Shown: positions 47,265-60,413 of the stretch, one piece after another
Position numbering within the stretch: position 1 is the first letter of the stretch
Layout: every line of letters starts with the position of its first letter
Source of the DNA: Macrostomum lignano
Taxonomy: Eukaryota
Assembly: GCA_002269645.1 (NCBI GenBank)
Contig: NIVC01000261.1
Location: 124,001-188,000, forward strand
Length of the DNA stretch: 64,000 nucleotides
Reading direction: 5' to 3'
Notes under the pieces: generated by a model
Seen by the model: only the letters and a program-made list of their open reading frames with translations
Database searches by the model: none
What the model was told of the DNA's origin: nothing
Program-made: the position numbers and the translations under genes

Positions 47265-50200
47265 TCAACTGTGCTCAAACTGCATAGCCCTGAGCAGCAA
47301 TAAGCAGCTGAGCATTTTCAGTAAAAAGCTACTCAAAGCTTTCAACCTGCCACAGGCGGAATTTGCGTCTTGCCCACCGTGGTTCACTTCAGCAGCTGGG
47401 CTGTATCGAACGCCGTAGTAATAATAGTTATTGTTGTTTTTGTTATAACTGCTGCCTGCGCCAGCTGCCGCTGCTGTCTCCCGTCGGCCTCCACCCCGGC
47501 TCGCCCAGCCGGTCCCGTCCGCCCCGGCCACACCGCCGCCATAGTCGTCGCCAGTTGAGAAGGCGGCACGTCGAGGTTTCGGCACCAGCGGCATCACCTG
47601 ATGCGCCGGTAGGTCGGCGGTGCCGTGCAACAATAGGGACCAGCTCTGCAGAGTGGCTGTTTGAAATTCGGAGAAACTAGTCTATATTAATAGTACTATA
47701 TTAAATATAGCAGTACATGTTACTTTGCAAAAACTAATAATTCGATCCAAAAACGGCCCTTTTACGGACAGAAAAAGACGATTTTAAAGACTGTTGGAAT
47801 GGTTTTAGAAACAACCTACTAGGCTACAAACCCTAGTGGTCAGAGCGTCGGACTCACGACTTAAAGGTCGGGGGTTCGATTCCCGATCGCACTGCGTGGA
47901 ACAATTTGTGTCCTTGAGCAAGACACTAACTCTGCATTGCTTCAGTTCACCCAGCTGTAAAACGGGTGCCAGCATTAGCTGGGGTAATTGAGGGTGTGTG
48001 CGGCGACCTCCCCCCAGTCCCTGGGTCGCCGCTGAACAGCCGTATGCAGCCTTCAGATGCGCCGATCAGAATCTGATTTAAAACGGCCCTTTTTGGGGCA
48101 AAAATTGTTTTAAAGTTTCCTATTGATAAAAATTACTGAATTAATTTTAATTGAATCGCAATGGGATGCGTACTACTATTAGTAGCAAAGGTTGGTAAAC
48201 GTTTGTCTCAGTGAAACTTTAGTGGCAAAATACACGTAAACGAAAGCAAAGGGGCTGACAAATGAAAAGAGTAAAAAACTTAGTTTTCACACGACAAACT
48301 TGCTCTACTTGAAGTAGTATAGTGCTATATCTATATATTCTTATCCTTCCGAAATTTACCTCTGCAATCGTCGCATCGAACCCGCAGCTTCCAGGTGCCG
48401 TTGGAAGTCTCGCCCCAGTTGTGCACCGTCATGAATGGCCATTCGTGGAAGCCTGCTTGACCCTGTGGGGGTGTACATTGGCCGCTCCGGGTTTGTACTT
48501 AAATGTACTTTAAAAGCATGCATGCAATTTTCCGCTAATTTTGAATGCGAAATAAATTCCCCCTCTGAGGCATCGAAATTATGTCTCCGCCCCGCAGACA
48601 ACCAAAAAAGTGGCTCCCAGACATCCTAAAATGGCGGCCGGACACCCCCAAAAAAGTGGCCCCAGGAAAACCCAAACACCCTAAAAGGGGTGCCCGGAGA
48701 CCCTAAAAGAGACACCCCGGAGACCCTAAAAGAGACGCCCCGGAGACCCTAAAAGAGACACCCCGGAGACCCTAAAAGAGACACCCCGGAGACCCTAAAA
48801 GAGACACCCCGGAGACCCTAAAAGAGACACCCCGGAGACCCTAAAAGAGACACCCCGGAGATCCTAAAAGAGACACCCCGGAGACCCTAAAAGAGACGCC
48901 CCAGACACCCTAAAAGTCGTCTCGGACATGACCAAAAAGGGGCGGCCGGACACCCTAAAGGAGGTGTCCCGGACATCCTCAGAGAAAACTTTCGAACACC
49001 CCAAAATGTCGCTTCGCCGGCTCCCTCCAGCACTCAGTTACCTTCTGGTCGAACTTCCTCTTAGTCAGCAGCTGGCTCACGGTGCCCAGCGGCGAGTGCA
49101 GCCACAGCTGGACCCGACCTCGCACAGACGCCAGCAGGGAAACCTTGGCCTGCACGTGCTCCAGGTACAGCACCCGATGCCTCGTGCCCAAGCAGCCGTC
49201 AGAGTACAGTCGGAATGTCCGATCGTAATTGGGCGGCACATCGGCCGGCAGTTGGTGGCCGCGGTCGGTGCGCAGCCACAGCTCGCAGGTGCGCTGCTCG
49301 GGCACGCGGGTCCAGTTCAGAGCCAGCGACACCATCGCAGCGGCGTCCATCAGGCCGAAGCCGAAGTCGTGCGACACCCGCCGACCGACGCCGTTCACCA
49401 GCCATTCTCGCGACTTCAGATATGGCGACGGATTGGCGCCGCGAACCACCAGGTGCTGCATGTCGCGCCAGGTTAATGACGGGCTGGCTGACAGCACCAG
49501 GGCGGCGATGCCCGCTGCGATGGGGGCGCTGGCGCTCGTGCCAGTGTGGCTCTCCGTGCACCTGCCGTGCAGGTCCGTCGTGATGATGGCGCGTTCCCTC
49601 CTCTCTTCGCCGCTGGAGTTTGAGGTTTTGGGGAGAGGTGTTAGTGACCTCCTGTCTGTCTTCAAACTGAAGTAGTTATTTGGGGTAAATGACCCCCCTG
49701 ACCCCTGTCTGTCTTCAAACTGAAGTAGTTATTTGGGGTCAATGACCCTATGACCCCCTGTCTTTCCATTGTCAGTGACCCTGAAACCTGAAGCAACCGG
49801 TCGGTTTTCTAGGGGAGGTCAATGACATCTATAGTCTGAAGCGTCTTAACTTTCCATGAGGATGTAAATGATTTATCTATTGAATGAATGCTATTTATGG
49901 AGGTTTTTAAGAATTGAGAAGAAATCAATCAACCCAGTCTCTCTGATGCTTTATAAATTTCTTGAAGAGATTAATGACCCCCTGTCGCTTTATAGAGTCA
50001 TAGTTCTTTACAGGGTAGGGTCAATAAACCCCTGTCTTTCTGAAGCATGGTTGCATTCTCTAAATGGGGGGTCAATGACCCCCTTGACTTTGTGAAGCAT
50101 CGTGGTATTTTCTAATTGAGGGGGGTCAATGACCCCCTGTCTTTGTGAAGCATCGTAGCATTTTCTAATTGAGGGGGGTCAATGACCTCCTGTCTCTAAA

Positions 50201-53200
50201 GCATTGTGACATATTCTAAAGTCACATCCGTGAAGCATCCTGACACTTTCTAACGACCCCCTGACCCCCTGTCAATGACCCGTCCCTGTGAATCTATAGC
50301 AGCTCAGTTATCTTTAGATTTTGAAATACCAACCTGGAGTAGGTGGCGGCCAACGTGGACGAACAAGGCTCGCTGTACCAAGGCACGGCGCCGAACTCGG
50401 ACACGGAGTTCACGGACAGGGTGTAGATGCTGTTCGTGTAGCCGTCCGTGTTGCAGTTGTCCCCTTTTTGACCTCCGTTGCCGCTAGCCCAGATGTAGAT
50501 TGAGCCCAGGCCGACCCTTCCTGACTGAACACCAATTTGAAAGGCCTGCTGGGTCAGCCGGCCCGGACCTTCCACGGTTTTCCCGTCGTCTTCCGGTCCC
50601 CAACTAGACGAATAGATGTCGATGTAGTGAGTCTGGTAGCTCAGCGACACGGTCTCCACTGTGTCGGTGACTTCGCCGTCAAGCATGCGGATGGCTGCGA
50701 AATGAAAAATGTTTCAACCGAATATTTTTGTGTGTAGCCTTCAAAAATAGCAATAAACGCAATTTATACTACTGAAACTATTTGAATAATAAAAAACTGC
50801 TAAGTTTTATTGACGCAATAAAAATTCGCAAAACACGCTAATAATACTACTAAACATTTGAATTTTCGCGAAAACGATGATTATAATACAAATTTTTTTG
50901 TTGTGAATAACAAAAAACGCTATGTTTTAGGATTCTTCTTAATAATTTCGCTAATAGCAAAAAATACAAAAAATGCTATTTACACTACTACTATGCGTTA
51001 AAGCCATATGTAGCTAATAAAAATTATTCTGACCTCCAATTCTGGCCTCGTGAGCAATTCCAGGCACACAGAGTCGATTATTTCCCAGAGCAGAAATTTG
51101 CCCGGCGCATCTGGTCCCGTGTCTGAAGGGTATAGCAGATTTAATCCGATTGCCGATATGTATCGAAAATTATATTATAAACGCTGACTAACTAAATATT
51201 TAGATTAATAAAACTCACTTATTTTCGTCGTTCTTAGTTGGCCTGGCTGAGGGATCTTTGTCATTGCTGTTGGCGTCGAATGAGGCCTTGCGATCCTGTG
51301 GGAATTATTGGAATCTATATTATTTCTATTTCTTACAAAAATAAGATATTTATTATATCTTATTTTTGTAAGGTTATTTAATACGGTTCATGGAGTCCTG
51401 TCGCGCGCTTGACTAACTCTTTCTTCAGGTAATCTCATCCCTTGTATCAGCTGCACTGCAGTGTATATTATTATAATTGTTTTATTATCAATATTACTGA
51501 TTCCGATCACATGTACATGGGCTGTACGCATGTACACTCTCAGGGGCGTCGTTATGGATTTTATGGTGCGAGGTGGTGAAAAGCCAGGAATTCTACCAGC
51601 GTGTACATTATTTTGAGAATCGATGTTGTTAGCACTCATTTTGGCGCCGCAGACAGGCAGTCACTTTGGCGCCGAAGGCACTCATTTTGGCGCCGCAGAC
51701 AGGCACTCATTTTGGCGCCGCAGATAGGCACTCATTTTGGCGCCGCAGACAGGCAGTCACTTTGGCGCCGCAGACAGGCACTCATTTTGGCGCCGCAGAC
51801 AGGCAGTCACTTTGGCGCCGCAGACAGGCACTCATTTTGGCGCCGCAGACAGGCAGTCACTTTGGCGCCGCAGACAGGCACTCATTTTGGCGCCGCAGAC
51901 AGGCAGTCACTTTGGCGCCGCAGACAGACACTCATTTTGGCGCCGCAGACAGGCACTCACTTTGGCGCCGCAGACAGGCACTCATTTTGGCGCCGAAGAC
52001 AGGCACTCACTTTGGCGCCGCAGAAAGGCACTCACTTTGGCGCCGCAGACAGACACTAATTTTGGCGCCGCAGACAGGCACTCATTTTGGCGCCGCAGAC
52101 ACTCAATTTGGCGCCGCAGACACTCACTTTGGCGCCGCAGGCAGGCACTCACTTTGGCGCCGCAGACACTCACTTTGGCGCCGCAGACACTCACTTTGGC
52201 GCCGCAGACACTCACTTTGGCGCCGCAGGCAGGCACTCACTTTGGCGCCGCAGGCAGACACTCACTTTGGCGCCGCAGACAGGCACTCATTTTGGCGCCG
52301 AAGGCACTCATTTTGGCGCCGCAGACACCTGCAGCTCGTACTCATGTGTCAGAGGAATGCATGGTGCGTGGCCTCTCTCCTTGCCTCCCATGCTTGCCCC
52401 TGAGTCAGTCGGGCCCAGCCCATCAACACTGACACGCAAAATCGTAAGGCCTGACTGCCTGAGCACACCGTGCATGCATTTATGGCCTCGGGGTGCGGAC
52501 TGGAGTCCATTCTCAATAGATAGGTGGAATTGGGGTTGCCGAGAGAGACTGTTTTAGGCATTGGGAAGCCTCATCCATCAGAGTTGAGAGGCTGCCCCAC
52601 CCCCCAAGGGGGAGGGAAGGGAAGATTTCTCGTTAATCCCTTTTCTCCCTCACTAGACCTGCTCAGCGATGGGCCCCACAAAATCGATTCCCAACTCTCG
52701 CCCCAACCCCAAATCTCTGTGGGATAATAAAAAATTTCGATAGCAATTCTTTATTTTTCGCCAAGAGCAGTGTTTGAAGCTGTCTCGCCGACCCTGACCC
52801 TGAACTAGCGGTGACGTCATACTTTCCCATCCTCACGAAGTGGGACTAATCTCCCTGAAGAGTCCTTCAGTGAGAGCTGACAGACCCTGTCTATTCAATC
52901 CATGCATTCATTCGGCAGCGGAGATGCAAATAGAGAACTCTGCAGCTTGATGAAGCTGTGACTCTGTTACAGTTCCGCCTCAACTTTTATTTTCCTTATC
53001 TAAAACTAAAAATTGGGCGAAAACCCGAAACTCCAAAGCAACAAACAATTCGAAAGTTTTCATTTCGAAAAGAGAAATGAATTCTGTCAATGCATGACTG
53101 ACTTCTAACTAGGAAAAGTAATTGCTTTCTTCTTCTAGGAGGGTTGGTGGACGGGAGAAGAACTGGCAAAATAATTGCTTGCTTGCTGTTGCTTCAACTG

Positions 53201-56200
53201 CCATTGAGAAGAAGCTGCAGGGAAAGTCGAGATAGAGGGGCTAGATTAATGTTTAGAAAAATAGAACTCGACTAGGAAGTAGACAGAGAAATAGATATAG
53301 AATTAGACATGGAAGTAGACAGAAGTAGGCAAATAGGTAGACAGAAAAGTAAGACAGGGAATTTGATAAATAAGTTGATAGAAAAGTAGAGAAAGAAATA
53401 GACAGAGAAGTAGGCAAACAAGTAGACAGAGAAGTAGGCAAACAAGTAGACAGAGAAGTAGGCAAACAAGTAGACAGAGAAGTAAGCAAACAAGTAGACA
53501 GAGAAGTAGTCAAACAAGTAGACAGAGAAGTAGGCAAACAAGTAGACAGAGAAGTAAGCAAACAAGTAGACAGAAAAGTAGTCAAACAAGTAGACAGAGG
53601 AGTAGTCAAACAAGTAGACAGAAGAGTAGGCAAACAAGTAGACAGAGGAGAAGGCAAACAAGTAGACAGAGAAGTAGTCAAACAAGTAGACAGAGGAGTA
53701 GTCAAACAAGTAGACAGAGAAGTAGGCAAACAAGTAGACAGAGAAGTAGTCAAACAAGTAGACAGAGAAGAAGGCAAACAAGTAGACAGAGAAGTAGGCA
53801 AACAAGTAGACAGAGAAGTAGGAAAACAAGTAGACAGAGAAATAGGAAAACAAGTAGACAGAGAAGTAGACAAACAAGTAGACAGAGAAGTAGACAAACA
53901 AGTAGACAGAGAGTAGACAAGCAAGTAGACAGTGAATTTGATAAAGAACTAGACAAAGAATAGAGAGAAATATAGGTAGACAGAGAAGTAGTCAGATAAT
54001 TAGTCTCCCGCCTGCAGTGTCTCACATAGTTCCTCCTCAGATCCGGGTGTTTCCATTCGATGCCATCGTCAAGCACGCAGACCACCACGTTCTGACCTCG
54101 GTAGCCCATTTGCCAGGCCTTCCGGATGTTCATGCTGGGCGCTGCCAGGCCGTCCCAGACGCGCGACTCGTCGTTCTGGAGGTGGGGGAGAGAAAAACAA
54201 AGGAGAGATTAGAAATTTAGACATCGAATTATACTGACTCACTCCCACCTCCCACTCTATCCCTCTATCTCCCTGTGTCTTCATCTCTCCCTGTCTCTCA
54301 TCTCTCACCGTCTCTCATCTCTCCACGTCTTTCATCTCTCCCGTCTCTCCATCTCTCCCGTCTCTCCATCTCTCCCTGTCTCTCCCTGTCTCTCTGTCTC
54401 TCATCTCTCCCTGTCTCTCATCTCTCCCTGTCTCTCATCTCTCCCTGTCTCTCATCTCTCCCTGTCTCTCATCTCTCCCTGTCTCTCATCTCTCCCTGTC
54501 TCTCATCTCTCCCCGTCTCTCATCTCTCCCGTCTCTCCATCTCTCCCTGTGTCTCCATCTCTCCCTGTCTCTCCCTGTCTCTCTGTCTCTCATCTCTCCC
54601 TGTCTCTCATCTCTCCCTGTCTCTCATCTCTCCCTGTCTCTCATCTCTCCCTGTCTCTCATCTCTCCCTGTCTCTCATCTCTCCCTGTCTCTCATCTCTC
54701 CCCGTCTCTCATCTCTCCCGTCTCTCCATCTCTCCCTGTGTCTCCATCTCTCCCTGTCTCTCCCTGTCTCTCTGTCTCTCATCTCTCCCGTCTCTCCATC
54801 TCTCCCTGTGTCTCCATCTCTCCCTGTCTCTCATCTCTCCCCGTCTCTCATCTCTCCCGTCTCTCCATCTCTCCCTGTGTCTCCATCTCACCCTTTCTCT
54901 CCCTGTCTCCCTGTCTCTCATCTCTCCCTGTCTCTCATCTCTCCCTGTCTCTCATCTCTCCCCGTCTCTCATCTCTCCCGTCTCTCCATCTCTCCCTGTC
55001 TCTCATCTCTCTCTGTCCCTGTCTCTCCCCCCTCTCCCTCCCTCCCTCTCCCTTACTCTCAGTATCTCCTCTGTTTGTACTACATCCTTAGTCAGTTTCG
55101 CATTTTACAACCTCAGTGCTATAGTCCCCAATGCCCCTGCCATCCTCTGTAATACGACCTATCTTAAACGATTACGAGTAATTCACGTCAGATTTAAATC
55201 ATAAATTTTAAACGGCCCCTTCATCTATTCAGAGAGAGGGAGTGCAGTTATAGAGGCCTATGCATAGTGAAGTCTGCTGATGCCTCCAATTGTTATCAAA
55301 TCTAACATTTCGTATTCATATTAATATACGTACTGTAGTTACATATTAAGGGCCACTGACTATGCATAAAAAGGTCACACAGTCCTGTCTTTCCAGTCCT
55401 TATCTATTAGAAGCCTATGCTAGCCAAGCTGCCCAACAATATTTATTAATCAATTTTACATTCCTAACCAGCTGCATCGAGGGAGATAAGAATTCTAGTG
55501 CTGTAAGGCATAAGATTGATGAGGGGTTGAGGCACATTCTATGTGGAATACTACAGTGTTATAGATTAGAGCTTTGCAGGCATCTGCAATGGCACTTGGA
55601 ACCAAATGGAAAATCTGTAAGACATGAGAATCAATTGATTCACTTACACTAGTAATACGGGGCAGATGTAGGCAGGTAAAAGTAGACAGACTGACAGAAG
55701 TAGACAAGTAGAATATAGGCACGTACACAGAGAAGTAGACAGAGAAGTAGACAGAGAAATAGACAGAGGATCAGACATAGAAGTAGACAGAGAAATAGAC
55801 AGAGGATCAGACATAGAAGTAGACAGAGAAATAGACAGAGGATCAGACATAGAAGTAGACAGAGAAATAGACAGAGGATCAGACATACAGTAGAAGTAGA
55901 CAGAGGAGTAGACAGAGAAGTAGACAGAAGTGGACATAGAAGTAGACATAGAAATAGACACAGGATCAGACATAGAAGTAGACAGAGGAGTAGACAGAGA
56001 AGTAGACAGAGAAGTAGACAGAAGTTGACATAGAAGTCGAAAGTGGAGTTCTATCCTGCCATTATATTCGGGATATTCAGCTATAAAAGTTCACAGACTA
56101 ATACTCCTTGGGGGAAAAGGCAAAACGACCGCGTGTGGCCAGCGCAATATTCCCAGCCATATGTCTCTCTCGCCCTCACAGAACTGCGCCCCCTGTTCTA

Positions 56201-59134
56201 ACTAAAAAAGAAGAAGTGGCCAAAATACCGCGAGCGCGCCACCTGAAAGTCGTGCGGTGGGGGGGGGGTGATGCGTTTGGGGAGAATGGGAGAAAAGTAG
56301 AGGAGACGGAAGGCATGCTGCATGGGAACAATTTAGAATAAACAGCCACCACCGCGAGTCGCCTTTAAGTCCCGAATCGCAGAAATTGTGCAGAATTTTC
56401 CCTATCCATCTTTCGCCAAACTTGCAGCCTCTTCCAATTTTGGTAATCATTTGTACATCTGTAATACACTGCCTGGTTAGGGACAAATTCAGGTTGAAAT
56501 CTGCGATACAATTATTAGATTAGAAATTCTTCCTTTTTCTGCACCGCCCTGACATTTGATAAGAGTGGAATTTACTGCAAGCAATTAATTCCCTGGCAAC
56601 TGACATTTGACGAAATGGTGGCGACAATGTTCTAGCTGACCAACTTTTCCCAAAGTGCTGCCACCCTGACACCCCAACTGACATCTACTGACACTCGGTT
56701 TGACATCCCCTGACACCCAAACTGACATCTCCCCACACCCAAACTGACATCTCCTGACACCCAAACTGACATCTCCTGACACTCAAACTGACATCTCCCC
56801 ACACCCAAACTGACATCTCCCCACACCCAAACTGACATCTCCTGACACCCAAACTGACATCTCCCCACACCCAAACTGACATCTCCCCACACCCAAACTG
56901 ACATCTCCTGACACCCAAACTGACATCTCCCCACACCCAAACTGACATCTCCCCACACCCAAACTGACATCTCCTGACACCCAAACTGACATCTCCCCAC
57001 ACCCAAACTGACATCTCCCCACACCCAAACTGACATCTCCTGACACTCAAACTGACATCTCCCCATACACAAACTGACATCTACCCACACTCAAACTGAC
57101 ATCTCCCCACACCCAAACTGACATCTCCCCACACCCAAACTGACATCTCCCCACACCCAAACTGACATCTCCTGACACCCAAACTGACATCTCTTGACAC
57201 CCAAACTGACATCTCCCCATACACAAACTGACATCTACCCACACTCAAACTGACATCTCCCCACACCCAAACTGAAATCTCCCCACAACCAAACTGACAT
57301 CTCCCCACACCCAAACTGAAATCTCCTGACACCCAAACTGACATCTCCCCACACCCAAACTGACATCTCCCCACACCCAAACTGAAATCTCCCCACACCC
57401 AAACTGACATCTCCCCACACCCAAACTGACATCTCCTGACACCCAAACTGACATCTCCCCACACCCAAACTGACATCTCCCCACACCCAAACTGACATCT
57501 CCTGACACCCAAACTGACATCTCCTGACACCCAAACTGACATCTCCTGACATCCAAACTGACATCTCCTGACACCCAAACTGACATCTCCTGACATCCAA
57601 ACTGACATCTCCTGACACCCAAACTGACATCCCCCACACTCAAACTGACATCTCCCCACACCCAAACTGACATCTCCCCACACCCAAACTGACATCTGCA
57701 GACACCTAAACTGACTTTCCATTGACACCGGAAGCGAAACTTGTTAAATTTTGTGATTAAGACAAAACAATGGTAGATAGATGCCTGTGATCCACCCTGT
57801 CTACTTTAGAGTTTGTAGACTACGGTTTTAACTTTTCAGTCGAAAAAAAACTTACAAGCCAGTCAGTTAATTAAAGAATTTTTCAAAGACGCAATAGACA
57901 AAGTTTTTCCGCTATAAACGAAACTGCGAATCGAAATAGCGTTTGTTAGTGGGAAAGAAAGGAACAGAAAGAAAAGGGAGAGGGGAAAGAGGGGGAAAGA
58001 GAGGGGAGGAAAGGGGAAGGAGAGGGGGAAGGAGAAGGAAAAGAGGGGGAAGGAGAGGGGAAAGAGGGAGAAGAGAGGGGAAAGAGGGAGAAGAGAGGGG
58101 AAAGAGGGAGAAGAGAGGGGAAAGAGGGAGAAGAGAGGGGAAAGAGGGAGAAGAGAGGGGAAAGAGGGAGAAGAGAGGGGAAAGAGGGAGAAGAGAGGGG
58201 AAAGAGGGAGAAGAGAGGGGAAAGAGGGAGAAGAGAGGGGAAAGAGTGAAAAGAGAGAGTAAAGACGGAGGGAGAGGCGAAAGAAGGGAAAGAAGAGGGC
58301 AAAGAGAGGGCAAGGAGAGGGCGCACGTACTTACCATGTACCACATTTTGTGCCACTTCTCATCGTTCATATTTGAGCCGCTGTCGGGTTGCCAGGCGGG
58401 CGCATAGCGGCTTCTCCATTGGGGCGTGGAATCCTGAAGGAGTGCGGCGGGTGGAATGGATTCAGGGAGTGTTATATATTATCTCAGTTGCTTCAGGGAG
58501 TGCTATCTCAGCTGCTTCAGGGAGTGCTATCTCAGTTGCTTCAGGGAGTGCTATCTCAGCTGCTTCAGGGAGTGCTATCTCAGTTGCTTCAGGGAGTGCT
58601 ATCTCAGCTGCTTCAGGGAGTGCTATCTCAGTTGCTTCAGGGAGTGCTATCTCAGTTGCTTCAGGGAGTGCTATCTCAGTTGCTTCAGGGAGTGCTATCT
58701 CAGTTGCTTCAGGGAGTGATATCTCAGTTTTAATCAGGGAGTGTTATCTCAGTTTTAATCAGGGAGTGTTATCTCAGTTTTAATCAGGGAGTTTTATCTC
58801 AGTTTTAATCAGGGAGTGTTATCTCAGTTTTAATCAGGGAGTGTTATCTCAGTTTTAATCAGGGAGTGCTATCTCAGTTTTAATCAGGGAGTGTTATCTC
58901 AGTTTTAATCAGGGAGTGTTATCTCAGTTTTAATCAGGGAGTGCTATCTCAGTTTTAATCAGGGAGTGTTATCTCAGTTTTAATCAGGGAGTGTTATCTC
59001 TGTAGCTTCAGGGAGGGGATCTTTCAAGCTTCAGAACTCACGCGAATCCAAGAGTCGCCGTGCTTCGGAAACGATGGCGGTATGCCATCTCGTTTCACTC
59101 GCCTCCTAGCAACCTGCTGCTCTGCCCAAAGAAC
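47265..59134 (-). CDS. Furin/kexin-like proprotein convertase (S8B), 5'-partial; exons in transcription order 59042-59134, 58335-58433, 54026-54175, 51219-51295, 51034-51122, 50334-50694, 49042-49612, 48360-48462, 47265-47656
   Basis: Propeptide end [14 protein letters not shown]; [11 protein letters not shown]; catalytic Asp VLDDG, His HGTRCAG, oxyanion Asn WASGNGG (so not PC2, which has Asp), Ser HTGTSASAP; P domain LEHVQ...[11 protein letters not shown]...WSLLLHGT. All nine exons join in compatible phases at GT-AG sites. Confidence 0.95.
47822..48066 (+). mobile_element. tRNA-derived CORE-SINE
   Basis: A box tagtggtcagagc, B box ggttcgattcc (47873-47883), then tgtgtccttgagcaagacactaactctgcattgcttcagttcacccagctgtaaaacggg, which aligns by eye with the MIR CORE consensus (TGTGTGACCTTGGGCAAGTCACTTAACCTCTCTG...CTGTAAAATGGG). 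Confidence 0.85.
48700..48910 (+). repeat. 23-bp minisatellite (agaccctaaaagagacaccccgg)
   Basis: Read directly; intronic. Confidence 0.92.
49042..49612 (-). CDS. Convertase catalytic Ser and P-domain exon
   Basis: [17 protein letters not shown]...[11 protein letters not shown]...[12 protein letters not shown]...LEHVQAKV. Confidence 0.96.
49680..50285. repeat. Degenerate about 54-bp repeat carrying the palindromic motif GGGTCAATGACCC
   Basis: Motif at 49736, 50069, 50123, 50176 plus variants. Confidence 0.75.
50334..50694 (-). CDS. Convertase catalytic exon (oxyanion-hole region)
   Basis: [10 protein letters not shown]...[19 protein letters not shown]...IWASGNGG...[12 protein letters not shown]. 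Confidence 0.96.
51630..52325 (+). repeat. Minisatellite with core tttggcgccgcag (19-24 bp variant units)
   Basis: About 29 units by hand count; related to the 15770-16405 array. Confidence 0.92.
53275..53990 (+). repeat. 24-bp minisatellite (gaagtaggcaaacaagtagacaga)
   Basis: Read directly; related array at 55680-56035. Confidence 0.93.
54255..55040 (+). repeat. CT-rich minisatellite (tctctcatctctccctg)
   Basis: Read directly. Confidence 0.92.
55680..56035 (+). repeat. gtagacagagaa-type minisatellite
   Basis: Read directly. Confidence 0.85.
56690..57715 (+). repeat. 22-bp minisatellite (acccaaactgacatctccccac)
   Basis: Read directly. Confidence 0.95.
57975..58260 (+). repeat. 20-bp purine-rich minisatellite (gagggagaagagaggggaaa)
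   Basis: Read directly. Confidence 0.9.
58462..59000 (+). repeat. 24-bp minisatellite (cagggagtgctatctcagttgctt)
   Basis: Fills almost the whole convertase intron 58434-59041. Confidence 0.94.
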
Positions 59135-59543
59135 CTGTGGAAAAATTACATTTAATGATATAGTCAGTTAATGTACAGAGACATTAAAAACCCAAATTCA
59201 TGTCATTTGCATGTGTGCAGTCAGTGTATTTTGATACAATATGTGTCAGAACTATCAGTTTACCATATTAGGGAAAGCGCTGATCTGGGGCTGAGGGCAG
59301 TCGCTATTCAAGGACTGGCTGACCAGTTATGAATGATCGCCAATATCCTCTGGGTGTCAGAGCTGTCCCAGCTGTGTCTAAGGGAAACTTCCGAATCGGA
59401 AGTCCCAGCTGACAATGAAATATACCGCCAATGCCGCCTCTACACCCAGGCCTGATTTGCTCTGATCGAGCTAGCCTTGGGGCTGTGACTCATGCTATGC
59501 GATCTCCGACTGAGTTCAAGGTGAGAAGTGCTTAATATAATAA

Positions 59544-60413
<870 letters not shown>

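Noticed and set aside
47822-47890. Possible tRNA gene
   Set aside because: Acceptor and anticodon stems do not pair properly and the sequence continues into a CORE domain, so it is a SINE head.
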